A DNA stretch of 64,000 nucleotides from Candidatus Daviesbacteria bacterium (GTDB lineage Bacteria > Patescibacteriota > Microgenomatia > Daviesbacterales > UBA10151). The position numbers and the translations under genes are program-made. This document shows positions 20,933 through 30,476 of the stretch, piece after piece. Numbering within the stretch: the stretch's first letter is position 1; every line of letters begins with the position of its first letter. The stretch is from contig JACPKM010000004.1 of the NCBI GenBank assembly GCA_016187025.1, forward strand, positions 35,212 to 99,211, given 5' to 3'. Below the pieces are notes generated by a model. The model saw nothing but the letters and a program-made list of their open reading frames with translations. It was not told the DNA's origin and searched no databases.

Positions 20933-21571
20933 TTATATCTTCTGAACCTGCAAAAAATCTAACTCTACCGGTGTTTCTCTTCCAAAGATGGACACCAAAA
21001 CTTTAACTTTACCTTTTTCCTCATCAACTGAGTCAACTTTGCCAATAAACTCTGCAAATGGTCCGTCGGTAATTTTGACAGTATCATTTGCCAAAAATAC
21101 CTGTTTATAAACTGGTTCTTTAGACTGAGTGAATTTAATAATAGTTTGTACTTCAGCATCAGAAATTGGTGTTGGTTTGTTACCCATACCTACAAACGAG
21201 GTGACTCCTTGAGTGGTTCTTACTGCCAACCAGGAACTATCATCCAAAACCATCTTTACCAGAATATATCCAGGAAAGATTTTTTCTTTGATACCAACCC
21301 GTTTGCCACCCTTGATTTCAATTTTGTCTTGCGTTGGAACCAGTACGTCTAAGATTTTATTTTCCAAATGTTCAGATTCCACTCGTTGCTTTAGGGTTGT
21401 CGCCACTTTATTCTCATGTCCTGAGTAGGTATGTACTACATACCAGCGTGCACCTGGAGTATTTTTGGATGAATCTGCACTACTCTCAGTTGTTGGTTTA
21501 GGTTCGGTAGCCCCTTGTTGGGTCTCAGGTTGTGTCTGACTATTTAGTTGTTGGTTGTCATCACCACTCAT
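20933..21571 (-). CDS. nusG: transcription antitermination factor NusG (with ~40-aa N-terminal extension)
   Basis: [14 protein letters not shown]..., a KOW region, and its position between secE and rplK. Confidence 0.9.
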   Translation of the reverse strand: MSGDDNQQLNSQTQPETQQGATEPKPTTESSADSSKNTPGARWYVVHTYSGHENKVATTLKQRVESEHLENKILDVLVPTQDKIEIKGGKRVGIKEKIFPGYILVKMVLDDSSWLAVRTTQGVTSFVGMGNKPTPISDAEVQTIIKFTQSKEPVYKQVFLANDTVKITDGPFAEFIGKVDSVDEEKGKVKVLVSIFGRETPVELDFLQVQKI

Positions 21572-21572
21572 G

Positions 21573-21824
21573 TTAGGTTTGGTTGATCAGGAAGGTAGTA
21601 AGTAAAGTTAGCAAATAGTCCAGTCCTCCTAACACACCTCCAGATACCAAGGTTACTAAAATTACTAAAATAGTATACCTTATGGTTTGCTCACGGGAAG
21701 GCCAGGCTACTTTATCTAACTCTTCCTTTACCTCCTTAAAAAAGCTAATTATTTTGGACATTAAAAAAAGGTCGAATTTCCGACCCACTTTGTCAAGTAT
21801 AACAAAAGGGTCAGAATTTGACAA
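21573..21824 (-). CDS. secE: preprotein translocase subunit SecE
   Basis: 83 aa with FFKEVKEELDKVAWPSREQ followed by a single C-terminal TM, immediately upstream of nusG. Confidence 0.8.
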   Translation of the reverse strand: MSNSDPFVILDKVGRKFDLFLMSKIISFFKEVKEELDKVAWPSREQTIRYTILVILVTLVSGGVLGGLDYLLTLLTTFLINQT

Positions 21825-22185
21825 GGGTTGGTTTTATCTCCATTTTGCCGAAGAATTTGAGTTTTAAAAGTTTTTCATCTGCAGTTAAAAAAGCATCACA
21901 TTCAGCTGTTGAGCCGGAAAGCAGTTGCACATTGTCTTCAAAGTCTGCAGTTGGGCCTTCTAGCGCTCTGTAAGCAGTATCACCATCAAACGATATAAGG
22001 TGAAACCTAGCCACAATGTTAGTCAATCTATCATATGGAATTTTCTTTTTTGTAACATACAATAAAATATGGATAGAAAGAGGGGACAGGAAAAGATCAT
22101 GGTTTTCCAGGTTCTCTTCTACAGCAGAACGTCGTTGTTCTACCAGATCAATGAAGATATTTGTATCAAGAAAGACCCTTGCCAT
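21811..22185 (-). CDS. vapC: PIN-domain toxin (VapC family)
   Basis: N-terminal FLDTNIFID PIN signature and conserved acidic residues. It overlaps the antitoxin gene by 20 nt. Confidence 0.8.
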   Translation of the reverse strand: MARVFLDTNIFIDLVEQRRSAVEENLENHDLFLSPLSIHILLYVTKKKIPYDRLTNIVARFHLISFDGDTAYRALEGPTADFEDNVQLLSGSTAECDAFLTADEKLLKLKFFGKMEIKPTLVKF

Positions 22186-22426
22186 ATTTTTTCATTAGAT
22201 GAGCACGATAGATCTTTTCTCTTTGAGCATAAGTTGTTTTGGGGAGTTTAAGGTTTTTCACAAGTTTTTCAAATTTTTTGGCATCAAAAGGTTTAGGTTC
22301 ATAAATGGGCATAATCTGTCCAATTACCTTGGAACGGTGAATCAGACGTAAAGTCCCTCCCCCTTTTAAGGTTTTAACAAGCTTGCTGGATTTTGTTCTA
22401 AGTTCGGTAGTAGTGATATATTGCAT
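22166..22426 (-). CDS. Phd/YefM-family antitoxin
   Basis: 86 aa. N-terminal YITTTELRTKSSKLV resembles Phd/YefM. It lies upstream of and overlaps the PIN toxin. Confidence 0.6.
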   Translation of the reverse strand: MQYITTTELRTKSSKLVKTLKGGGTLRLIHRSKVIGQIMPIYEPKPFDAKKFEKLVKNLKLPKTTYAQREKIYRAHLMKKYGKGLS

Positions 22427-22431
22427 ATTTC

Positions 22432-22455
22432 AAATGTACACTTAAATATACATTT
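22432..22455. promoter_or_regulatory. inverted repeat AAATGTA-N10-TACATTT just upstream of the antitoxin start; candidate autoregulatory operator
   Basis: Perfect 7-bp inverted repeat at 22432-22438 / 22449-22455, 6-29 nt upstream of the antitoxin ATG on the minus strand. Confidence 0.3.
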
Positions 22456-22551
22456 TGTCAAGGAGGACAGGTGTAGAGATAAAGAGGGGTTAGGTTATTC
22501 CAGACTGAATTTAAGATCAAAATATGGTATACTATAAGGTATATTATACCT

Positions 22552-23667
22552 ATGGCTGTTGAAGTAACTGCACTTTCCAGAAGAAGTTTTTTAGGGATTG
22601 ATTCTGCTTTAGAGGCAGCTAATGACTTTGCTGGAAAAAGCAGAGGAAAACAAGGTCGAAGACCAATTCGTTTATCTTCAGGGTCAACCCCTCCACCTTC
22701 TCGACCAACACCTCCTGATTGGAGGTCAGTAGTTACTTCCAGAAGAGTAGCCCTTGGTGTAACGGCAGGTGGAGCTGCTTTGATTTTACTTCAACCTTGG
22801 CAATGGTTTGTTCGCAGACCTGTACCACCAGACGCTATCCCATCAGTAGTGCCACCAACTCCAGACGCAGAATTAGATCAGGCTTTAATCCGATTAGCCG
22901 AAGCAGAAGTATTTAATTTGGCTTATTATCCAAAAAATTTACGGCAAAAGATGGTCTCTCATTGGAAGTTTGGTCATACAAGTTTAGTCAACTACTCTAA
23001 GCCTAATAGAGAGTTATTTTATTTGGAGTTCAAGCCTGCTCAGCCTCGTGATCAGATGATCAACTTGGCTGCAACTAACATCCAACTCCGCAGGGTTGAG
23101 ACAGCTCCAAACCAAACCTCCCTGGTGCTTTCCCTTCAAGGAGAGTATGTACGATCTCTAGGTGTGGGTATACCACGAGATATTGAAAGAAGGCTTGAAG
23201 AGATGAATTTTGAACATGAAGCCATAGTCAGCCTTGCTTACATAAATGCACTGACCACTATTGCTGGAGCCCTTGGCCTTGATTTAAAAGCTGATAGCCC
23301 TAAGTCTCCAAAAGAAAATGAATTAATCTTAATGGTAAAAGCATATAACCCTGCCATTGTGGCTATGGCAGAAGCAGTAGCAGAAATAAATGATTATCTC
23401 TTAACAGAACCTTTAGTGGATAAAGATCCATCCTCGGGGCAAACAGTTTGGTCTCCTCAGAATTTACCTTTGATAGCACAAGGGATGGTTTTTATGGAAG
23501 GTGGATTACACCATTTGGTAGATTCAGCCATTGGTTCTGCTTTAAAAGGTATACCTGATCTTGAAGTTTTTGCAGGAAGGTATAAGAGCCTAGGGGAGAT
23601 ACCAAACTCTGATCAATATTATCAAAAAATCAAAGAGCATTATCAAAAACATCCGCCAGTTACGTGA
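22552..23667 (+). CDS. hypothetical protein, Pro-rich N-terminal region with SRRSFLG (twin-arginine-like) motif and one hydrophobic segment
   Basis: 371-aa ORF with coding-like composition and GC (~45%) above the local mean. No recognisable catalytic motifs. Confidence 0.5.
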   Translation: MAVEVTALSRRSFLGIDSALEAANDFAGKSRGKQGRRPIRLSSGSTPPPSRPTPPDWRSVVTSRRVALGVTAGGAALILLQPWQWFVRRPVPPDAIPSVVPPTPDAELDQALIRLAEAEVFNLAYYPKNLRQKMVSHWKFGHTSLVNYSKPNRELFYLEFKPAQPRDQMINLAATNIQLRRVETAPNQTSLVLSLQGEYVRSLGVGIPRDIERRLEEMNFEHEAIVSLAYINALTTIAGALGLDLKADSPKSPKENELILMVKAYNPAIVAMAEAVAEINDYLLTEPLVDKDPSSGQTVWSPQNLPLIAQGMVFMEGGLHHLVDSAIGSALKGIPDLEVFAGRYKSLGEIPNSDQYYQKIKEHYQKHPPVT

Positions 23668-23743
23668 TTTAATGAACTTCCGCGATTTGTACGTCTGCCT
23701 TGAAAAGTCAACAATATATCTCGGAGTGATATAATCCAAATTA

Positions 23744-24148
23744 ATGACAAAGCATTTGGCTATTTTTAAAGGGGATACTGCTAAACTTATTCTTTCCGGA
23801 CAAAAAACTATAGAATCTAGGTTTTCTAAATCCAAGATTCCTCCATTTGGAGTTGTTGCAGCCAATGATTTAGTTTATATCAAACCTTCGGGCAAAGATA
23901 TTATCGGTCAGTTTAAGGTTAAAAAGGTTATTTTCTATGATGGGTTAACCAAAGATGATCTGGAAGATATCAAAGAAAGGTACGGTGAAAGAATTGCCAT
24001 AGAAGAAAAGTTTTTTGAAGATAGGGGGGATTGTAAATATGGAACTTTGATATTTGTCGGGGATTCAGCCAGGTTTATCGCTTCCCCGGTAAGTTTTAAT
24101 AAAAAAGATCAACGAGGTTGGGTTGTGTTAAATGATAGACTATTTTAG
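23744..24148 (+). CDS. ASCH (PUA-like) domain protein
   Basis: N-terminal AIFKGDTAKLILSGQKTIESRF matches the ASCH pattern. Confidence 0.55.
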   Translation: MTKHLAIFKGDTAKLILSGQKTIESRFSKSKIPPFGVVAANDLVYIKPSGKDIIGQFKVKKVIFYDGLTKDDLEDIKERYGERIAIEEKFFEDRGDCKYGTLIFVGDSARFIASPVSFNKKDQRGWVVLNDRLF

Positions 24149-26439
24149 TTATTAGTATTCTCACTTGAGGCCACAGTGGCAGAGGAAGTAGCATATGAGG
24201 AGAAGGCGTCAAAATACTTGGTGGTATCTTTCTCAGCCCTGATTCTCACTAGCTCTTTTGGTAGTATTCCAGCAACAGCGATATCTTTTCTGCCATCTAC
24301 AGTCACCTCAACAATCCCTCCTGGGCGGATAAAGTGTGTATCCGGGTTTGCTGTAAGCAGTCCTTTCATAATCTTGCTCCAAATAGGTGCGGCCCCTGTT
24401 ATTCCGGAGGTTAAAGTTGGATCCATTGGCATATTATTATTGTTGCCTACCCAAACTCCTACTACAAAATTAGGAGTATAGCCAAATGTCCAGTTGTCTC
24501 TTTTATTGTCTGTTGTACCTGTTTTTACAGCTACTCCTGGTAAGTTTAGTAGGGAGTTAGGTCCAAAAGCAGGGATTCTGGCTGCGTTGTCTGATAAGAT
24601 GCTGGTTATCAGAAATGCCAGCTCAGGTTGCAGCACTCTTTGGCCATTTTCTTTATACTCTTCCAAGATATTACCTTCTGAATCAACAACCTTAATAATG
24701 GAGGAGGAAGGATTATATATCCCATTTGTTGCAAATGATCCATATACTGACATCATATCAATCATTTTTACCTCTGCCCCTCCCAAAGTCAGAGATAGAC
24801 CATATCTTTTTGGATCTGTAAAAGTGGTTATTCCTAAGTCTTTGGCAGTTTGCACTACCTCATCTACCCCGACTGTTGCCAAAATTTTAACTGCCGGTAC
24901 ATTGTAGGAACTACCCAAAGCTGTTCTTATAGAAACTGGTCCATGAAATGTGCCATCATAGTTAACAGGTGCATAGGAATTACCCCATTCATCCCTAAAA
25001 ACCACTGGAGTATCTAAAACTGTATTTCCAGGACTAAAACCTTTTTTAAACGAAGTTACATAAGTGACAGGCTTGATAGAGGATCCAGGTTGGCGTAAAG
25101 ATAAAGTGGCATTAAAGTTGCCAAAATCTGACTGGAAGTAATTTTTGCTACCAACCATTGCCAAAATTTGTCCTGTTTTACTATCTGTTATGAGGGCTGC
25201 CCCATTTGTAACATTGAGTCCTGAAAGCTTACTGACCTCATCAGCTACAATCCTTTCAACCTCTTTTTGCAAGCCTAAATCAAGAGTGGTATGGATTTTT
25301 AATCCGCCTTGCGAAACAACCCGGTCACCGTATTTTTGAGCCAGTAAGTTTTTTACATACATTACAAAATGAGGAGCTTCTATGTTGGTAACTGGAGGTA
25401 TGATTTTAAGCTTTTCTTTTTTGGCTTTTTCTGCTGTGTTTTTGGTGATGTATTTTTCCTCTACCATTCTATCTAACACTTGCTCTTGACGAGCTTTTCC
25501 AAGATGAGGTTTAGTGCCATAAGGAGAAAACTCAGATGGGGAAGCAGGCAGCCCGGCAAGCAGGGTTGACTCTGCCAAGCTTAGATCTTTTACGCTTTTA
25601 CCAAAATAGGCTCTGGCTGCAGCATCTACTCCCCAGTTAGGACCACCGTAAGGGGCTTCATTAAAATACATTGCCAATATATCTTCTTTTGGATAAATCA
25701 GTTCTGCCCAGACTGCCAGAATAACCTCTTTTACTTTTCTGACATAGGTTTTTTCTGGACTAAGCAAGCTGTTTTTAATTAACTGCTGAGTTAAGGTGGA
25801 TGCTCCTTCTTGTGTTCCTTTTTTTTGGTTGTGGTAGAAAGCTCTGATAATGGCTGCTGGATCAACCCCAAAGTGGTGATAAAAGTTTTTGTCCTCTATG
25901 GCAATAGTTGCTTTTTTTAGATGATCTGGTATCTCATCAAATTTTACTAAAGTTCTGTTTCTGCCTTCGTATAATCTATAAAGCAAATTTCCGTTCCGGT
26001 CAAAAATTTCTGTAGTTAACGGACGCTCCTGGGCAGTGAGTCTGTTGGGGGAAGGCAGCTGGTAGGCAGCTGTTAGGATGAAAGAGGTATAACTTACCAA
26101 AATTGCCAGCAATATAAACAGAGCAAAACCAACCTTTACTCTTTTTGGCACTTTTTTCTTGATAAAATAAGCTAATCTATGTTTATAAAAAACCAGAGCG
26201 GGATTTTTTCTGGGGCGGCCACGCTTGTGTAAGTTAAGAGTTGGTAGATTCAGCAATAGCTTCCGAACATTTACAAAAATATTCCATAGACTATTTACTA
26301 TGAACAAAGGCATCTTGCCTATCATGATCAAAATTACCTGTAATACCAAGAAAGGCAGGGGAATTTTTTTCCCCAAAGAAGATACGACGTATTTCTTCGG
26401 ACGTGTTAAACTAAGTTTTGTTGTATTTTCCTTGGGCAT
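24145..26439 (-). CDS. class A penicillin-binding protein (transglycosylase + transpeptidase)
   Basis: GT51 motifs (EDKNFYHHFGVDP, GASTLTQQL). Transpeptidase motifs S*xxK (PGSSIKP), SYN and KTGT. Long N-terminal cytoplasmic extension before the TM. Confidence 0.9.
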   Translation of the reverse strand: MPKENTTKLSLTRPKKYVVSSLGKKIPLPFLVLQVILIMIGKMPLFIVNSLWNIFVNVRKLLLNLPTLNLHKRGRPRKNPALVFYKHRLAYFIKKKVPKRVKVGFALFILLAILVSYTSFILTAAYQLPSPNRLTAQERPLTTEIFDRNGNLLYRLYEGRNRTLVKFDEIPDHLKKATIAIEDKNFYHHFGVDPAAIIRAFYHNQKKGTQEGASTLTQQLIKNSLLSPEKTYVRKVKEVILAVWAELIYPKEDILAMYFNEAPYGGPNWGVDAAARAYFGKSVKDLSLAESTLLAGLPASPSEFSPYGTKPHLGKARQEQVLDRMVEEKYITKNTAEKAKKEKLKIIPPVTNIEAPHFVMYVKNLLAQKYGDRVVSQGGLKIHTTLDLGLQKEVERIVADEVSKLSGLNVTNGAALITDSKTGQILAMVGSKNYFQSDFGNFNATLSLRQPGSSIKPVTYVTSFKKGFSPGNTVLDTPVVFRDEWGNSYAPVNYDGTFHGPVSIRTALGSSYNVPAVKILATVGVDEVVQTAKDLGITTFTDPKRYGLSLTLGGAEVKMIDMMSVYGSFATNGIYNPSSSIIKVVDSEGNILEEYKENGQRVLQPELAFLITSILSDNAARIPAFGPNSLLNLPGVAVKTGTTDNKRDNWTFGYTPNFVVGVWVGNNNNMPMDPTLTSGITGAAPIWSKIMKGLLTANPDTHFIRPGGIVEVTVDGRKDIAVAGILPKELVRIRAEKDTTKYFDAFSSYATSSATVASSENTNN

Positions 26440-26562
26440 ACTTTTTAATTAAGTACCGTCAAACCACAAGGGATAAAAACTTTACAGGCTCTAAATGTAT
26501 TGTAGATAAAAAGTTTGAACCTAGTAAGTAGCACTATATAGATCTAATTCAGTCAAACCAGA

Positions 26563-28380
26563 TCAAAAGAGGGTTTTGGCGTATTCCAGATATTCTGGAC
26601 GGCCATTTTCTTTCATAAAGTACCACCATTCAACTCCCCACAATAAAGCTTTATCAAATCCTATATCTTTGACAAAGGTAATATTTTTGCTAAATTTTGA
26701 TACTGAAAACTGTTTTGTAAGCTGATCAATGGGTACATCTTTGACACTTTGATGTCCTGTAATCCATGGTTCTGCCTGCAACTCAGAGATGAGAATTTCT
26801 TGTTTTAACTTTCCGGCAATAAACTTAGAAATATTTGCCTTTAAGCTATAAAAAACTGATGGAAAAGGGTAATCTACCAGTCCAAAGTAAGGATTCCAGA
26901 CAGTTTTATAAAATGTAGTACCTAAGATATCTGCTCTTTTCCGGGCTTGAATCCAGGTAGATAGCTCACCACTATCTGTTACCATTATTTTTCTGTCATC
27001 TAGGCTTTTAACAGTGTTTATTTCTTGCTCCAGTAGTTTGCTACTAATATCATCCGGAGGGATGCATAGCCCAAAAGGCACAAATGGTTCATTTTCTACC
27101 TGCCAATAGATAATATTAGGATATTTTTTAAAATAGTTTATCTCTTCGTTAACAAGCTTTAAGATTTGTTCGTTTTTGTCTGTTCTGGAAAGATTGGCTG
27201 CCCATTGCGGGGTAAAACACTCCGGCCATCTGGGCTGTTTAAACCCAACTACCAACACTACCTTTACATCTTTTTTTAAACTTTCCTGCAAATAAAAATC
27301 GAGTTTTGAAAAATCCTTTTGCCCTTTAACTTTTTCAACCTCATCCCAATAAACTGGTAAACGCACCAGTTTTACATTCAGGTTATCCAGCATATCTACA
27401 AAAGTTTGCTCAGGATTTAGCTCTAAACTTTGAGCATAGCGGGGAGAAAAGCTTACCCCAAACTCAACTTTAGGTTTGGCAAAGTCAGTAAAAGACAATA
27501 TATAAAGACCGAAGCCGATTAAAATTATGCCAAACAGCTTACCCAGCAAATTTAACTTAGAAAAACTTTCTTTAAATATTTGAGGGTATTTGCGTGCCAG
27601 CATCAAACTAAAGACAAACAAAAATATATACTGTGTGCCTTGTAAAGAATTTACAACAGCTGGATTTGCCAAAGCAACAGAAAAGATTATCAAAAGCTCA
27701 GAAGATCCACCAGCAATCTGGCTTGCTATAAACAATAGTCCAGCAAATGAAATAAGCTTAAAATTGGGGTTATTGTTTCCCGACAGAATTCTTTTTCTTA
27801 GACTTGGAACTAAAACTATAACGAGCCCTAATGGCAGAAGGATAATTCTTGACCAGATAAACACGCTGGTATAGTCATGTTGTAAAAAAGCCTGCCGGAT
27901 TAAAATATATGAGTAGGCAAAAAGAATGGAAGAGGCAATCTCGTAAAAAACCTCTTTTTTGCTGATTCCAACTTTCCAATCAGGTAATGTTAAAAATATT
28001 AGTCCCAGTATCAAAGTAATAACTGCCCAAACCTCATCTATTTTAACTGTTTCCTCAGTAATAGCATGCCCCAGTAGTACCAGGGGAATAAGAGTGCCTA
28101 TGATAGGAATGACTCTGGCAACATGCCCTTTTTGTAAAGCTTTGAACATAAAATATGCCCCAGTAGTCCAAAGGAGGGTTGAGATGGAGGCAAGAAAAAG
28201 GGGAAAAGGTGGTGGGATAGAAGTAAAAGGAAGAGCAGCAAGAGCAATCAGGCTTACCAGACTAAAATAGAAAATATAGACCAAAGGGTCGGGGATATGA
28301 CGAACAAGTAAGAATTTATTAATGGTGACAGCAACAGCATTTAAAAAATATGCTACTATAGCAAAAGGTAGGTGAGACAT
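26563..28380 (-). CDS. polytopic membrane protein with C-terminal clan GH-A (GH5-like) glycoside hydrolase domain
   Basis: ~300-aa multi-TM N-terminus. The C-terminal domain carries YWQVENEPF (acid/base NEP motif) and ISELQAEPW (nucleophile-like). Confidence 0.55.
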   Translation of the reverse strand: MSHLPFAIVAYFLNAVAVTINKFLLVRHIPDPLVYIFYFSLVSLIALAALPFTSIPPPFPLFLASISTLLWTTGAYFMFKALQKGHVARVIPIIGTLIPLVLLGHAITEETVKIDEVWAVITLILGLIFLTLPDWKVGISKKEVFYEIASSILFAYSYILIRQAFLQHDYTSVFIWSRIILLPLGLVIVLVPSLRKRILSGNNNPNFKLISFAGLLFIASQIAGGSSELLIIFSVALANPAVVNSLQGTQYIFLFVFSLMLARKYPQIFKESFSKLNLLGKLFGIILIGFGLYILSFTDFAKPKVEFGVSFSPRYAQSLELNPEQTFVDMLDNLNVKLVRLPVYWDEVEKVKGQKDFSKLDFYLQESLKKDVKVVLVVGFKQPRWPECFTPQWAANLSRTDKNEQILKLVNEEINYFKKYPNIIYWQVENEPFVPFGLCIPPDDISSKLLEQEINTVKSLDDRKIMVTDSGELSTWIQARKRADILGTTFYKTVWNPYFGLVDYPFPSVFYSLKANISKFIAGKLKQEILISELQAEPWITGHQSVKDVPIDQLTKQFSVSKFSKNITFVKDIGFDKALLWGVEWWYFMKENGRPEYLEYAKTLF

Positions 28381-28381
28381 A

Positions 28382-29677
28382 TCAGGTTTTCATCTTTTCT
28401 AAGACCTCTTTTGCATTTACAGTATGTCCGATAAAACGCATGAGATGATGAGGAATACCGTTATGTTTGATAACACTTTTATAAACTTGCGCAGACAACC
28501 TGGGGATTCTTTGTTTGGTATTGTAATCGATCCCAATTAGTCCAAATCTTGGTTTAAACCCATCTGCCCATTCAAAATTATCGGTCAGGCTCCAATGAAA
28601 ATATCCTTTCACATCAACTCCAGATTCAATTGCATGGTAGATTTCTTTTAGATAAGAAATTAAAAACCTGCATCTTCTGTCATCATTGGTTGATGCCAGT
28701 CCGTTTTCAGTAATATAAATTGGTAGTTTAAATCCGGCCAAATCCCGCAGGGCATCAAAAATCCCTTCAGGATAAAGTTCCCAGCCCATATCAGAAACAT
28801 CTTTTTTAGTCAAAGAAGCATCCAAAAGCTGGGGGAGCTTTCTGCCATGCAAAACCCCTATTCTTTCATGGAAGTAATAATTTAACCCCAAAAAATCATG
28901 GGCATGTGGGGTAAGGATATAAAAGAAATGATTGTAGGCTATGTCATGAAGCCAAACCAGAACATGTTGTAAAATAGAATGAGATTGTTGGGCTCCAAAC
29001 GAAACCACATTTTGGGCCATACCCACTTTGGCAGAAGGGATAATTTTATGGATTGTTTTGTATGCTTTTCTGTGGGCAGCAGCTAAGTTTAAAGTAACCA
29101 AAAGGGCTTTCCAAATACTTTTTTGCCCTGGTGGAAACCTGCCATCTAGATATCCACCCCAAGTATAAATTCCCGGCTCGTTTATGGTAATCCATAAATC
29201 AATGTATTCTTTATACTCTTTGACTACTCTACTAACAAACCTATTGAAATAAAAAGGGGTTTTACCATTTTGCCAGCCTCCAATTTTAGTTATCCATAGT
29301 GGATCAGTAAAGTGATGAAGTGTGAGCATAATCTTCATACCCCTTTGCCTAAGAGCTTTAAAAACTTCCCGGTAATGGTCAATCTCAAACTGGTCAAATT
29401 TGCCTTCAAAGGGCTCAATTCTTGACCATTCTATAGAAAGCCGGTGTGCATTATGGCCAAATTCTTTGGCAAGATCAAAATCCTCCTTAAACCTGTGGTA
29501 TTGGTCTGCAGTTTCTCCGGAGCGGTATTGCTCAGGCAAATTTTGCTCCCAGTTCCACCACTGGTTGTTAACGTTGTTTCCTTCTACTTGGTGAGCAGAT
29601 GTTGCTGCTCCCCATAAAAAATCCTCAGGAAAATTGAGGATATGGTGGTTATGTTTTGCTGGTGGTAGATTTACCAT
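28382..29677 (-). CDS. glycoside hydrolase family 1 (beta-glucosidase-like)
   Basis: FPEDFLWGAATSAHQVEGN, TLHHFTDPLW, YITENGLAS and other GH1 signature motifs. Confidence 0.9.
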   Translation of the reverse strand: MVNLPPAKHNHHILNFPEDFLWGAATSAHQVEGNNVNNQWWNWEQNLPEQYRSGETADQYHRFKEDFDLAKEFGHNAHRLSIEWSRIEPFEGKFDQFEIDHYREVFKALRQRGMKIMLTLHHFTDPLWITKIGGWQNGKTPFYFNRFVSRVVKEYKEYIDLWITINEPGIYTWGGYLDGRFPPGQKSIWKALLVTLNLAAAHRKAYKTIHKIIPSAKVGMAQNVVSFGAQQSHSILQHVLVWLHDIAYNHFFYILTPHAHDFLGLNYYFHERIGVLHGRKLPQLLDASLTKKDVSDMGWELYPEGIFDALRDLAGFKLPIYITENGLASTNDDRRCRFLISYLKEIYHAIESGVDVKGYFHWSLTDNFEWADGFKPRFGLIGIDYNTKQRIPRLSAQVYKSVIKHNGIPHHLMRFIGHTVNAKEVLEKMKT

Positions 29678-29747
29678 TGGTTAAAAAAATTCCTATCCTA
29701 TATAGATTAATATAGCAGAAAACTGATTATAGCTGTATTATTGATAT

Positions 29748-30476
29748 ATGATCCGGTTTTTGCCCATTGGTATCATAGCAATTCTGGTTATAAGTGGACT
29801 TGTTTATTTTAGATTTTTTTACATTAAAGATAGTTTAGAAGAACCACAACAAAGAGAAGTTCCAAAAGAAGTTCCGTTTGATACGCTCTTAACCAAAGAT
29901 CCGGGTGGAGTAACAGATAATCTAAATATCTTAGCTACCCAAATTTTGAATTTAAAATCTGCCAATGAAAATCTAGTTAAAACAGCAGATAGTAAAAACG
30001 CTGATTTGGAAAGAAGGATTAAGGCCCTTGAGGCCTCGGTTACCCAGCTTCAGGGACAAGTTAATAGTTCATCTACCACTGCTCAGTCCTCAACCCAGAC
30101 TACAACATCAGAAAGTAAGTTTCCAGTCTATATTCCTTTGGGATCTGCTGGAACAAGCACAGATCAAAACTGGTATAGTATCCCGGGATTTGAGGTTTCT
30201 CTTGATCCAGCTGAGTATAGCGGTTATGCCAGTATGCAGCTTGAGATAAACATGAGAATGATTGAAAAAGCTGGAACAGCATATGCAAGGCTTTACAACT
30301 CAACTGATGGATCAGCCACTTCACCAGAGGTATCAACCACACAGGATACTTTTCAGCTTTTGGCTTCTGGGACCTTTAAATTACCAAGCAGTAGAAAAAG
30401 TTATAAACTACAGCTTAAAACCTCACAAGGAAAAGAAATTCATATCCAAAACGCCAGGATTAAAGTAAACTTTTAG
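29748..30476 (+). CDS. membrane-anchored coiled-coil protein, unknown function
   Basis: N-terminal TM, heptad-like region (LERRIKALEASVTQLQGQV) and a C-terminal beta-rich domain. Confidence 0.4.
   Translation: MIRFLPIGIIAILVISGLVYFRFFYIKDSLEEPQQREVPKEVPFDTLLTKDPGGVTDNLNILATQILNLKSANENLVKTADSKNADLERRIKALEASVTQLQGQVNSSSTTAQSSTQTTTSESKFPVYIPLGSAGTSTDQNWYSIPGFEVSLDPAEYSGYASMQLEINMRMIEKAGTAYARLYNSTDGSATSPEVSTTQDTFQLLASGTFKLPSSRKSYKLQLKTSQGKEIHIQNARIKVNF

Noticed and set aside
24176-25339. Plus-strand ORFs antisense to the PBP1A gene
   Set aside because: They are contained in a strongly supported minus-strand gene, and their translations are low-complexity.
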